A stretch of 64,000 nt of DNA from Rhizodiscina lignyota (taxonomy: Eukaryota), in contig ML978127.1 of assembly GCA_010015805.1 (NCBI GenBank), forward strand, positions 1,674,001 to 1,738,000, given 5' to 3'. Position numbers and translations under genes: made by a program. Below, one piece after another: positions 21,714-34,600 of this stretch; position 1 is the first letter of the stretch, and the number at the start of each line of letters is the position of its first letter. Below the pieces are notes generated by a model. That model searched no databases and was not told where the DNA came from. It was given only the letters and a program-made list of their open reading frames with translations.

Positions 21714-24700
21714 ATGGCTCCAAGTCGGAAGGCTCGATCTGGTGTAACTGGATCGGCTCGTTCGAGAAAGAAAGCCAACGCTAATGACCACGGTGATGAT
21801 GTTCCTGAGGTGTTTCGCGAATTGCTCATAGAAGCCGAGTCTTCTGGAACAGATGTACAGTTTGAAGACCGGCCTTCGAAGAGGAGACGCGTTGGAGAAC
21901 GACCGCCTCGAGAAATGCTGACAGCTGCGACCCAACATGACGCAGATGTCGACCTTGCGGAAGATCCTTCGGGGTTTGAAACTACACAGGCAGCCACTCT
22001 GGATTCTGACGAATCAGAAGAAAGTAACTTTGAATGGGAAGATGTGGGTATTGGTGGTGGCAACGATGCCTCTAACGACACTGCTGCGCCGGCGGGTGTC
22101 TCTGTGGTCCTCAACGGCAAAGAAACGAGCAGCAGGCGCATATCTACGCCTCGAAAGCGAACGGTTACCTCGGCGGAGCGTAACATGCGATTGGACGTGC
22201 ACAAAATGTACATTTGCTGCCTTCTCTATCACGTATCCTTGCGTAACTCGTTCTGTAATGACCATATGGCTCAGGTATTTGATTGACACTTATCCCTTTT
22301 TCAAATGGCCTGCTAAATGCAACAGGCAACTTTACAAAAGCTCCTTAGTGCACGCGTTAGGGGCATGTTGAAACCTGACCCGAATTTCACTCAGACGCGG
22401 AAGGCGGCCCTCTTTCTGGATGGCCTGAATGCGATTACCGAAATCTGGAAGATGAAATTTTCCATTACCCATTATGGCATCCAACGGCCACATTGGATGG
22501 CTGTTCCTTCGTTGTTCAAGCTCCCCGAACAGGTGGAAATCTCTTTCGACAGAAGTGACTTTCGAGAGACAGCTAAGTCTTTGCAAGGCTCTGCGGATGT
22601 AGGTGCTCAGCTTCTTTGTGCGTTATTACGCTCTGCAGGAGTAGCCGCTCGCCTCGTTTGTTCGCTGCAACCATTGGCATTTGCTGCAGCTGGTGCCTCG
22701 ACCACTCCACAAAAAGAGGCCCCGAAGAAAGCCACAGTCTACGCCGATCTATCCGATCGTGGTGACAGCACTGCTAGCGATGCTCCGGTTGAGACATCTA
22801 TAGATCAAAATCAGGCTGGATCACCAGTGGTGCCACGGAGAATCACTCGCATAGGGCAATCACGCATTACCACTGGCATCTCCCGAGACCTTGGAAGGCC
22901 ACCACCAGAGGTTGCTCGGATGCGCCGCGTTCCACGACCTCCATACCCTATATACTGGGTCGAAGCATTCAACGAAGCACAACAGAAATGGATTCCAGTT
23001 GACCTCACGGCCACTATGACAGTTGGCAAACCATCTAAATTGGAACCACCTTTCAATGATCCCGTAAACTATATGAGCTACGTTATTGCGTTTGAAGACG
23101 ATGGGGCAGCAAAGGATGTGACACGCCGCTATGCCAAGGCGTACAATGCAAAGACTCGCAAGTTGCGCGTCGAATCCACAGATGGAGGAGAAAGATGGCT
23201 CAGGAAAGCAATGAAACTGTTTCGCAGGCGGATCTCGCTCGATCGTGACCAAGTGGAAGACGCGGAACTCGCTAGAAAAGAGGCCGTAGAGGGCATGCCA
23301 CGCAACGTTCAGGATTTCAAGAACCATCCGTACTACGTGCTGGAAAGACATCTGCGACACAATGAGGTCCTTCATCCCAGACATGAGGTTGGAAAAGTGA
23401 ACGCAGGTACTGCCGCGTCTGGCAAATTGGAAGCAGTATACCGGCGAAAAGACGTGCATATCGTCCGCAGCTCTGATAAGTGGTATCGACTTGGTCGAGA
23501 AGTCAAGCCTGGCGAGCAGCCGCTCAAGCATGCCAAACCCCGAAAGAACCGCAACATATCGCCAACGCTGGATGAATTTGGCGAGGAGGATGATGCCGGC
23601 GTGGGATTGTACGCTGTATTCCAAACCGAGCTATATATTCCACCATCCGTCGTGCGTGGACGAGTACCAAGGAATGCTTATGGGAATCTCGACGTCTATG
23701 TTCCATCCATGGTGCCACCCGGAGGGGTACACATACCGTCTCCAGACGCTGTGAAGGCTGCCAGACTTGTTGGTGTGGACTATGCTGAGGCTGTGACGGG
23801 CTTCAAGTTTCAAGGACGGCAAGGCACTGCGATTGTTCAAGGTGTTGTGGTTGCTGCGGAGTATCAGGAGGCTGTGGAAGCCGTAATCCAGGGATTCCAA
23901 GATGCAAGAGACACAGCCCTCGAGAAGAAGAGATCAGCAGAAGCATTACGGATGTGGCGTCGGTTCATGGTTGGACTACGCATTATCGAGCGCATGCAAG
24001 AATACCGCCAGAATGAAGAAGAAGAGCCTGACGTCCAAGACGAAATTGACAAGTTTGAAGAAGATGTTGACGAGCAAGGCGGCGGTGGCTTCTTTTTCGA
24101 GCCCGATCTTGGGGCTCCAGCCGAACCTACCGCCACGTCCACAGTTCCGAGCGGGCAAATGGAGACTGGGCTCTTGCCTGGTGGCAAAACTTTTGTCGGC
24201 TTTGAAAATGTGGAGCTGAAACCGATTCCGCGTCCTCCGCGGCGGCTTTTGGCACTCGACGATGATTCTGATGAGTCTGTGCCGGAAACCCATCAACAGA
24301 AGCAGCAGGAAGTGGTTATACAGACCCGAAGTCCCGCACGCGAGCCCGCAAATACGATACATCAACCACCTGTTGATACAAACGAAGGAGGAGGTTTCAT
24401 AATAGAAGAGGACCATTTGAGAAACCCTGCTGTACAACCAGACCATGATTTAGGAGGAGGATTCATTCCAGAAGCGGACGTAGCCGCACCTTATAACCCA
24501 TTTGATGATGAAAGCCCTGGAGGAGGCTTTTCCCCGGATGATGGATCTGTGGTCGCTGAGCCTGTATTCAAGACATTGAATCAAGGTTCTCCGGCCTCTG
24601 CTAAGGGTAGAGATTCACATTCAATCCAGGGTGAGCAAATGGCGGAAAGCAAGATCGAAGAGGCTGAAGTACGTGCTGAAAGTGACGAGAAACCTGACGA

Positions 24701-24845
24701 TGGCCTTGTGATGGAAGCAGCCTTCGATGGAGCGTCCGAGATACCAGTTGGGAAAGGCGGACGTTCTCCAAGTGAGAATGACGATACGGGATCTCTTATT
24801 GATCATGATCCTGATGACGAGGATGCGGAGGCCGATTGGATATAG
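21714..24845 (+). CDS. RAD4: DNA repair protein Rad4/XPC (nucleotide excision repair)
   Basis: Intron 22275-22325. Transglutaminase-like 'AQLLCALLRSAGVAARLVCSLQPL', 'YWVEAF', 'KDVTRRYA'; BHD motifs 'DFKNHPYYVLERHLR', 'VPRNAYGNLDVYVPSMVPPGGVHI' and 'YAEAVTGFKF'. Confidence 0.95.
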
Positions 24846-25043
24846 ACGACTGAGAAATATGCATCGTAGCGCCTACACACCAAAATGAACATTTACAAGC
24901 ATGGAAAATATTTGTATTTGTTGAGTGGTGTACTAATACAATAGTATGCTGGTGAGTTCATGCCATAATCTCTTTCCAGATGCTTCTATCGCGAAGTGGA
25001 GCATTACCATAATAATCTACAATGCAGGCCCAGACCGTTTCCC

Positions 25044-26261
25044 CTATACATTCGTCGCAGGTTCTAATTCATTCACGTCTCTCAAATTATACAGATGCTT
25101 CGCACCCATCAAACTCTTCGTGATGAAACCACCCATTCGCGACCTCATCTCGTTCTCATAGGCAGCGACTGCCTCGACTGCCACACCCTTTGCCTCGATC
25201 TCCTTGGATAGACTCGCCGCATCCAGAAACGCACACGACGCACCCGCCGCTCCAGTCGGCGGCATGACGTGCGCAGCGTCTCCAATCAGCGTAACTCTTG
25301 ATGGAGTCCACTCTGGCATATTCGGATGCATCGAGACAACTTGTATTGTCGATGCCTGTGCCGTATTCTGGTGCTTGAACAGTGCTTTGAGTGACGTATC
25401 CCAATGGGACGTAAGTTCGATCGACAGTTCAGCAGCCTCAGGGCCATTGAAGCGTTCGAAGCGACCTTTGCACATTCCCAGGCGGGTGAAAAGATCGCGA
25501 TGTGCGATGAGAACCCAGTAGACGTAGTCCTCAGGGAGTTCAAATGGGAGGTTGAGAATGGGATCTCGCTTGAAGCGGATTGCTTCGAGAAGGAGGCGAA
25601 GACTGGAAGCTTGCACCTTGTCATTTATCAACGTCATTCTCTCCAGAGCCTGGGGTGGAAATGCTGCTTTGAATTCCTCGGTGAGGGGTGTTTTCCCAAA
25701 AATAAAGTTGCCTTCACAGTTCAATGGTATTAACTTCGGCAGGTATTGTTTGCGCACCCGAGAGTGTACGCCTTCGGCTCCTACGAGAAGGCTCCCAGAG
25801 AACGAGCTTCCGTCCTCGAAATGTGCTGTTACCCCGTCGGGCGTGAGTTCATATTTCTTGAACACTTTGCCATACTTGATGCTCTCGGGTTTCAATCCAG
25901 CAGCCATAACATGCCGCACTGTCGTCCGATCAACGGTGTAGCTGTGCCCTGGCGGCCTCCCCTGACCAAATTGCGCTGGTGGAGCAGTCACCTCTGCAGT
26001 TTGGGCGTCCATATGTGTGGATTCTTGTCCAGGGCTAGCAGGACAGGTGCGCTCAAACATGTCCCAGATCTCTGGTGTGAGATTGTGCTTCAGTGCTTCA
26101 GCCCCGTCGGCACCAAGTCGGACGCGGTAACCTTGTGGTCTCGTGCCTAAACTAGCATCTCGTTCCAAGACGATGAATGGAATGCCGAGCTTTTGGAGGC
26201 CGTTGGCGAGGCTGAGACCCCCGATGCCAGCACCAATAATGAGGACTGGATGTTGAGCCAT
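25044..26261 (-). CDS. FAD-dependent monooxygenase (group A flavoprotein hydroxylase)
   Basis: Intronless. 'VLIIGAGIGGL' Rossmann motif, 'LLVGAEGVHSRVR' (DG motif, D->E variant) and 'VTLIGDAAHVMPP' (GD motif). Confidence 0.92.
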   Translation of the reverse strand: MAQHPVLIIGAGIGGLSLANGLQKLGIPFIVLERDASLGTRPQGYRVRLGADGAEALKHNLTPEIWDMFERTCPASPGQESTHMDAQTAEVTAPPAQFGQGRPPGHSYTVDRTTVRHVMAAGLKPESIKYGKVFKKYELTPDGVTAHFEDGSSFSGSLLVGAEGVHSRVRKQYLPKLIPLNCEGNFIFGKTPLTEEFKAAFPPQALERMTLINDKVQASSLRLLLEAIRFKRDPILNLPFELPEDYVYWVLIAHRDLFTRLGMCKGRFERFNGPEAAELSIELTSHWDTSLKALFKHQNTAQASTIQVVSMHPNMPEWTPSRVTLIGDAAHVMPPTGAAGASCAFLDAASLSKEIEAKGVAVEAVAAYENEMRSRMGGFITKSLMGAKHLYNLRDVNELEPATNV

Positions 26262-27069
26262 CTGCGTAACTGTCCGCTTGGTTGAATAGGAAGTTGCGAT
26301 GTGGTTCAAGTGGAGAAACTCTTGATGAAGTGGGTGAAATTATAATGATCAGAGAGAGCCTCTTCTTCGCTGAGGTTTCCTTGGATGGAAGAGAGCTCTA
26401 ACAGTCGGCGTCGTCGCTATCACTAGTGCCGGGGAGTGAAGGAACAGTGTCAATGGAAATTAGAGGGTCCATAAGATGGTTCTAGTAAAGAAAATAGAAG
26501 AGAAGTCGATAGCATTCCTGACACAACTGCCTACCTGCCTTCAATGTTTATACCAACCCGCGGACTCGTTAACGCCGACTTCCTTACCCCCGACGACGCC
26601 TACGTTGGAGGATCGACCATTCAGGCCGCCACATTAAAGTCGGAGTCAGCAGCATGATTGCGCGTACAAAATTATAGGAGTTCTCGACTCCTCGTAGCAC
26701 AAAAGATGGCGTTCCGATCAAGTCTAAGGAGATTGTGCGCGGGATGGTCGCAGGATAGAGTTTAGGGCTTCCGCCACTGAGTCACATCACGCCGCTTTCC
26801 AATCCGTCGGATCAGAGCGGTTCATATTTCGCATCGATACCCCGAAGAACCTGCTAAATGATCGGAATACAACTTATCCCAAGATTCCGTTCATGCTTCC
26901 GTGTTGACTGTTATGCTAGCAAGCGACCCAAAACCCTCGCATGCCATTCCAAAAATGATGGAGAAGACTAGAATCGCTTCATCCTGGTCAATGCTCGCAA
27001 CCAAGGCAGCCTCCAAAACTCCCAGCAATGCAGTATCATGTCAGACAAGTAGCTTCTCTCATTCTTCTT

Positions 27070-28330
27070 TCATGGACTCAAAGCACCCTCAACCTGGTCT
27101 GCCCAACTCCTGATATCGCCCGGTGATGCTAAGCTCTTTTTCACCGGAAACTCCAAGGTCTGGGGCTTCTTTTCATCACCCTCCGCTTCTCGGGGCTTCG
27201 ATATTGGCAGCTCTGGGAAATCTGACGCTGCTGGTGGTACTTGTTCTGGCCCCTTTTCAGCTCTCGAGGAAGGGCCATCACGATTATCTCTTCCTCTGCC
27301 GCGACCTCCTCTGCCTCTACCCCTGCCTCGCGGCGCAAAATAATTCTTCTGCTCTTCGCCGTCCTCATGAGCCTCCGCATCACGCTGCGCATAGCGACTC
27401 CCAGCAACACCACCATGAGCGCCCCTGCTTGCCCCGCGAATTCTGTCCGGCGCATAATCTTCCTCCTTCTTCTCGGCGTCCCATTCACGTCCCCCTAGTG
27501 CTTGCAACTTGCGCTGCCGGTTCTTCTCCCGCTCGCCCATCATTTGTTGCCGATTCTGCCTATCTTCCTTTCGCCGTACTGCAGCTTGTGCTTCGCGCGC
27601 CTCAAACTTGGCCAAGTCGTCCGCGGCACGAGCATGTGCTGCTTCGAGTTGCGACGATTTGAGGGCCATGGCTTGCATGCGTGCCGTGAGTTGTTCTTCG
27701 GTGAGTTTGGCCTGTTGTTACATGACCGTAAGTAACAATAGTCTAGCCAGCTATTACATGTTCAGTTGAACGCACCTTCTTGACACCTCCAGTGCCACTG
27801 CGATCCCCTCTAACAGCCTCACTCCGCATCTTTGCTGGCCCCTGCGGGATTTGCTTCTCTCCCTCTGCATCTTCACCATCCTGTGCAATTGGGGTAGTAC
27901 TTGTCGCTATTTGACCATCAGCCTTTGGTGCTTCCTCGCTTCTTTGTGTTTGTATCCTGCCGGCACTTGGTATAGTATTTCCAGCGCCGCCTCTTCTCGC
28001 TCCTCTACCTCCTCTTACACCAGACGCTACTCCTCGTACTGGTTCGGGTTCAGGAGGGGCAGGTGGTTCTGCCTCGACGATTGGTTCTGGCATTGGAGTG
28101 AATTCATCGTCGAAAAGGTCATCTGGCGGACGAGTTTGAGCAAATTCGTCCATTGTTCCATCGTCATACGGGCCATCGAAAGATGATGGCTGTACCTGTG
28201 GCTCCGGATCTTGAGAAACTGGCTCTGTTACTGAAGGGGAAGTTGTTGGAGCGGGTTCTGGCTCTGGCTCTACCGAAGGTGCTTTGGCAGGCTCAGCTTG
28301 CCGAGCCCAGCGTGAGGATTGCATTGGCAC
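27070..28330 (-). CDS. Uncharacterised fungal protein with coiled coil and RGG boxes (candidate RNA-binding protein)
   Basis: Exons 28330-27776 and 27711-27070, 64-nt intron. The spliced junction reads 'VRGDRSGTGGVKKAKLTEEQL'; RGG tracts 'RGRGRGRGGRGRG'. Confidence 0.8.
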
Positions 28331-28846
28331 TGAATATTATCGAAATGTTTAAGCGTAATCATGAAGGAATTGGAGATTTTATGGCATCATTTACTCCGCG
28401 ACCAGAAACACAACTGCCAACAGGGAAAGTGAAGAACCCTGCAGTCGCTTTCCCCGCTATTGTGCTCTAGGCCGCATCTAGCCTAGCGTACTCCATAGCA
28501 TTAGCTCACGAACTTCCTTTCGAGAAACCCTCTCGCATCATATGTGAATTCATCAATTGAAATACTGTGGTGATTCCTATTGCATCTTAAGACTTACTAT
28601 TGCTATTTTGCCCTACTTTTGAGTCCCTAGGTCTGGGATAAGGCTGTTCTGTTTCCGCGTCTGAGTACATTCATGTATAACGACGTTATGCGCCAGGCTT
28701 ATTTATATCTATAATCCAGCACTTGGGCTCATGGCTTGATGCTATGCAAATATGTGCAACTACAGCATACTGCCGCCTCGCAAGTATCAAGAGCGTAAAT
28801 GGCTTACGCATAGAAGGCTTGAGCGCATTCCGCATTGGATTTGCAT

Positions 28847-31146
28847 CTACATCCGTCTAAACACGTTCCCACTGGCACTTCTCCTATCTTTATTTCGATG
28901 CCTCTCCTTCATGCCCCCGGCGTTGCTCAAATCTCTTCCGGCCCCAGACTTGGATTGAAACTTCTTCGCCGGAGCAAATGTGATCTCCTTCTCCCCAACG
29001 ACACCACCTTCTCGCACTCTTCCAGCAGGCTGTGGCTCGTCCTTTCGCGCAGCCACACGAGCACCAAATGACTTATCCCGCATTCGATCGACTTTCTTCC
29101 CTCCCGAAGAGGACACTACCATCTTTGGTTGCCCTTGTCGTTGACCAGACTTTCTCATCGCAGTCTTGCCATACTTTGTCCGAATTGGAGCAGTACCGCC
29201 GTCCTCATCATCGTCGGAGCTTGACTCGTCACTCGAATGTCTTCGTTTAGCTATTTGTTCCTCTTCCACGGCCGTGAGGCCCTTTGGTAGTCTCGTTTCG
29301 GGTACCGCTACCTTCGTGCTAGGGTTGAGAGCTCTGAATTCACGAGATGTCTCGTCGACCTCAAAGTCCGCATCTTCAAACAGTCTTGTGAAGCGCGGGT
29401 CACTGAGAACGCCACCCTTCTTCTCTTCCACGGCAGCTTCAACTTCCTCATCAATTTGTCCATCTTCTTCCAAAACATCATCGTCATCACCACCATTCTC
29501 CAACACCTTCCTTGCCCTCCATCTGTCTCTCTTCTCCTCCCTCTCTAGAATCCTCTCCGCCAATTTTCGGTTAACCTTAACCTTAACCTTCTTGTTCCCT
29601 CGAATTCTACTTTCCCTCTCTTTCTCAATCTTCTCTCTCACGCTCTTTGCCCGCTGCTGCTCCCATACCCCTGGATTCGCAATCAACCGCGCCTCCTCAT
29701 ACAGTCTCTGCGCCACAAAATACCCATGCATGTACGGCCGCAAGAGGGCCGTCGTGCCGACCAAGTGATCCAGATTCAGCTGCCGCAGCTGCGGCATCGT
29801 CAAGAACTTATAGTTGTCGTACACTTCGCCACCACTATTCATTCCAAACGCGCTCGGGTCTCCAGGGTCTTCAGCCATCTCTTCCACCAGATTATCCAGG
29901 AACGCACACCACCGAGGGGCAGGACCCAGCTGCGGAATGAAAAAACTGTGCTGCTGCCGCCCCTCGTTCGCCGTGAGGATCATGCCGCTGTCGCACACCC
30001 ACTCGACGTGGTTGATGTCAACAGCCGGCTCGACGGACGTCCAGGGCGTGCCGTCGCGTGCGTCCCATATTTTGATGATTCTTTTGTCTGCGGAGAGGAT
30101 TTTGGGCTCGGAGCTTTGCGCGCGCGCTGAGGAGGTGGAGGAATCGAGGAAAGTGATGGTTTTAATAGGATAGCCGTAGCCTTGGTCTTTCTTGAGGAGC
30201 GGCACGGGAGAGCGGAGGTCGTAGAGGTGGATCAGGCCATCCGAGGAACCGCTCGCGAGAGTTAGGCCAGACTGGTGGAATTGCAGGCACGATATCTCCG
30301 CGGGAGATTGTTCGCCGTAGGGTGCTTTAGGTGGTGAGAGGATGCCAACGCGACTTCGTGATCGTGGATCCCAGAACTCGACGGTGCCTAGTGATGTGCC
30401 AAAGGCAAGTAGATTATGGCTATCCTCCGCGACTGCAGCAGCATTTACTGCGCCGGTACCAACGCCGCCTTGTAATGCGCCGCCGCCAACTGTGCTATAG
30501 TCGTCACCACCGACATCGACCTCGTAGCCCTTCATGAACCGTCCAAGCTCCAGATTGAGCCTGAAAACTTCTCCATTGCCATCTTCATTGACACCGACAG
30601 CTGGTACGAGCGCTTCTGTTGATCGCCTGTCGTATACCAAATCTCTTCCGTAACGAGGTATTCGTGTGGAGTAGTGGCGTCCGGACGGAGTGTGAAACTC
30701 GAGGAAGCGGTCGGCTTGGAGGTGGAGAGACTTGGAGTAATCGGAAGAGAGTAGGAGGAAAGTTTCGTTAAGGGATTCAGTGTGTCGCGCGAAGGATAGT
30801 GAGAGTTGTGACAGGTTATGGACATGTATTTGTGGTTTGTACGTTCCTGAAGCGCAAACATGAGCACGTGCGATAGAATAGCGAGTCGAGGGTGTCTAGT
30901 AGTGCGCAAATTAGCACTCAATCACATACCTGTGCTCATCACCCAATTTCCATCTTCGCTCACTCGAACGCAAGAACTGGCCTCTTCGAACTCGAAGTCC
31001 TGAAGAAGTTCTACACGGTTTGCAAACTCTGGATCCCGTTTCAAACTTCGTTTCCGCTTGCGCGCGAGCCATTCTGGGAGCGGCCGTGCGGTCGAAGAGC
31101 CCGAGACGGTGTACACAGGTACCTTGGAGTGATTTGATAGTTTCAT
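28847..31146 (-). CDS. ENP2: Nucleolar WD40 ribosome-biogenesis protein Enp2/NOL10 (NUC153 domain)
   Basis: Intron 30929-30847. Motifs 'ELLQDFEF', 'TGTYKPQIHV', 'FIPQLGPAPRWCAFLDNLVEEM', 'VYDNYKFLT', 'LLRPYMHGYF' and 'DPRFTRLFEDADFEVDE'. Confidence 0.95.
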
Positions 31147-31639
31147 GATAGACGAATGTGTGTCATGACATGATTGCGGGGATGGGATGAAATTTCAAGG
31201 CATGGCGGGACTGTTTGACGAACTTTTTGCCTCGGGACGAGCCGCAGAGCCGCAACCCTCTCCCAAAGCTTGGCATCAACCACGGCTTCAGCTGCTGTTT
31301 ACGACAATTTTGCCTTGCTACACCACTTTATTTCCCCTAAAGAGCTATTTGGAAGCTAAAATATATTTCGCATCACATTCTGAAGCTCTTGCTCACTTCT
31401 CCATGTTCTTCTAGCTCTCGGATGCGGTACTGGCCCTAACTGGGCGCCGCACTCTGAGCAGTATGGATGCGCCAAAGGACGTAGAATACCCTGTTTACGA
31501 CCTTTCTGCGTGAGTTTCAGCTGGAACAGCTTCTATATCTGCGCGAGTACTGCCCTACGTACTTGTCTCCCCCCGGCCCGTCCTCCCGTCGACTCCGATT
31601 ACGAATGACCCACCCGCTCTCTTTCACAACGGACCGGTG

Positions 31640-34600
31640 ATGGAATTTTTGAAGTCATGTACAACTGGAGTACATTCAGTGGTATGGAAAGAAGTACAAA
31701 TACCTGCTTAGGTCGCTTCTAACATTACTGTAGGGTGGATACTCGACCGTCCTCTATCGGATCTTCACTGCACAACCAGACGATAACGCCACCGCGACCG
31801 CCGACGAACCTTTAGCGAGAGAATACGACGCCGTAGACACTGTACAGTCAAATCTGAGCCATCAGGGGCATCTTGTTGTGGGTGACAGTGGGAGTGCTTG
31901 CATATGGCTTTTTCAGAATCAATGGAACGGTCAACCGGTTCAAGAGGTTCCGAAAGATGCAAAACTTCCCGTAGTCGAAGGTTTCACTTTTCAATCAGTC
32001 ACGCAAGGCATATTCAAGGTTTCGGATCTGCCTCGAGCTCGCTTTCGAGCAGCTACGGGAGCAAAATCGCCCTTGACTCCTCCCTTGACCGTGTCGAGTG
32101 GAATTCTGCGAACATGGGTAGCTAATGCGAAGGCCTTTCAGGGGAACGCGGCAGTCAGCGATGGCTCGAGCAGTCAGACTGTTGCTCCTGAGTTGGATCC
32201 TCTGGCAGTCTATTCGTGGTTCATTTCTGCTGTCGAAGGTTCGGTTGCTCGGCATCTCGCGTCAACAGGCGGCTTAGTTCCACTCAATGGACGATCGTTC
32301 GTGACAACAGATTCTTCGCGTACTAGCTACCAGAGTCCGTCGGAAGATGAGGATGCGCCTGAAGTCCTTCAAATTGTGTCTCTGAGTACTTATGTCACCA
32401 CATCTGGAGTTCTTGTCCTCTCCTTCTCGTCCGTTCCTCGACCGGACATCAGATGTCTCCATCCGAACTCTAGATCGGATTCATATGTCAGTCGTCTTGT
32501 ACGGCTTTCACCAAGCGGTGTTCTTGCAAAATATATGAGCGCTACGACTGACCGCAACGATCACGGCGCTGCGTCACAAAAGAGGCTGAGAGCTGGCACA
32601 AATGCTTTTAGCGACTTGAAATGGAAGACGAGTGTCAAAGACTGGCTAGCACGAAGAAGCATAGACCTAGAAACGATCGATCCAGGTGACTCATGGGTCG
32701 AAGTTCAACTTTCGCAAGATGTCTGGGCTGAGCGGGGCTCTTTCGACGAAAGCCAAGCTCCAAAACCTGGAGTCTTGAGGTGCCTTTGGCCAGCCGTACT
32801 ATGTTTCCACTATTCCGGTAGCTTATCTGATCCACTGAAAAGAATGAGGGTTTCTCCCTCCGAAGGCCTCCGATGGTTCCAGGGTGACGGACAAGACCGC
32901 TACGCCGACCCTCTGGCCGACGCACAAGAATGGTTCCTTAATAAACCGGAGCGTGACAAGGCTAGAGAAGCCAAAAAGCAGGCTCAGAGTACCAACCAGG
33001 AACAGGTTTCATTGCAAGATACTAATTTACTATATCCGGCCTCGCCGTTCTATTCTAGAGCAGATCTACAATCGGCTAGCGGAGTCTATCCCACACCGCC
33101 TGATGCTATTCTGACACAGGCATCTGCAAGCGGTGTTTCATCCGATGGCCTTACTGTGACGAGTGGCCATGAGCTGCAGCGAACTAGTAGTGATAATCTC
33201 GAGCTTATTGTCCCTGAAGTTGTGAAACAAGTTGGTGGTGCGAAGGGGGCGGCCTCTCCACTGGACAATGACAATGAGCTCTTTGGAGATATGGACATGG
33301 ACGAAGACAACTTCGGCGGTAACGAGCTCTCCGAAGCAGACTTCAACTTTTTCGACGAACCTGATGCGGACGATGATGCTTTATTGGACGCTGGAGCTGA
33401 AATGGATATCGTCGATTCCGAACCAGTCGACCCTGAGCAGTCACTTACCGAGCAAAGGGATATGCAAATGGACATAACAACAGATCAGGAGCCAACCGGC
33501 GTCAAAAGAGAAGACGCTCATACCGCTGATATATCCTCTGATGCTGTGGCAATGATTCCAACTTCCCCTCCCACGATAGCGGACCAAAATGAGCAGTCGG
33601 GTGCACATAAATCGGAGCCAGATAATCTACAAAACATCGCAGAGACACCTCATCAGGAACCATTAGCAAGCCCGCCGATCAGCCCAGTGGTGTCCCGCAA
33701 GCAGCTTGTTTCCTCACGTTCAGCCTTTGATGAAGTTCCAACCGCCAAAGTCATAAACGATAAGCTTGCGCAAAGCGACAGCATGTATGACACCGTGTCA
33801 TTCAATCGTACTTTCAACGCAACAGATTCCAAGTACGCTGTTGGTGGTGTTTTTGGGTTTACACCGAGCGAATCCGGACACTCTGTATTACGAGCAAAGC
33901 CGAGCAAGAACCGCTCAAGCATTGATCAAGGTGTCATGACCGAACCAAAAATGCTGGACAGCTCCAGACCTACCGCAGTCTTCTATCAGAGCGAATCAAG
34001 CAGACCACAAGCCTCCAAAAGAGATCCACAGCAGAAAGTCTCCCTCACTGACGTAGGCAGAATGGAGATTGTTGAAGATAGTGATACAGAAGACACGTCA
34101 ACCGTGATGTCTTCAGAAGATATCGCTGTCTGGGATGAAGAGACGAACATGAAAGAGGAACCTGAAATATCAAGCCGTAAAAGGCCACGCATCGATGACG
34201 GGACGTCGACAGTCTCGACACCTCGGTCTGGATCTTCAGATGAAAGATTGCCGAAGATTGATGAGTTGGCATTGAATGTGAAAGAGACTGAAGTTCTAAG
34301 CATCTTTGACCCCGATTCTGCTGATTGGGATCTTTCGAGGCTTCCTGCACCCAAAATCGGGCAGAATATCGGGGGTAAACCGAATGCACAGCCAATCACT
34401 TCCTCAGCACCTGCACAAACTCCACAATCGAGCCAGGACGTCGCTGCGATGAAGCTCCAAGGCCTCCAGGGCAGGGCTATCATCGCAATTGCACAAATGC
34501 TTGTTGATCAAGTGGCGTCAACTGTCCTGCAAATGCTGCCAGAGCCATCTGGCACACCGGCTCAATGGGATGGGAGCTTTGGGAACGATATTACTAGACC

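Noticed and set aside
25044..26261. Secondary-metabolite gene cluster around the FAD monooxygenase
   Set aside because: Flanked by housekeeping genes; no PKS, NRPS, terpene synthase or cluster regulator in the window.
31188..31197. Palindrome TGAAATTTCA as an RRPE ribosome-biogenesis element for ENP2
   Set aside because: Only a partial match to RRPE and too short to support without conservation data.
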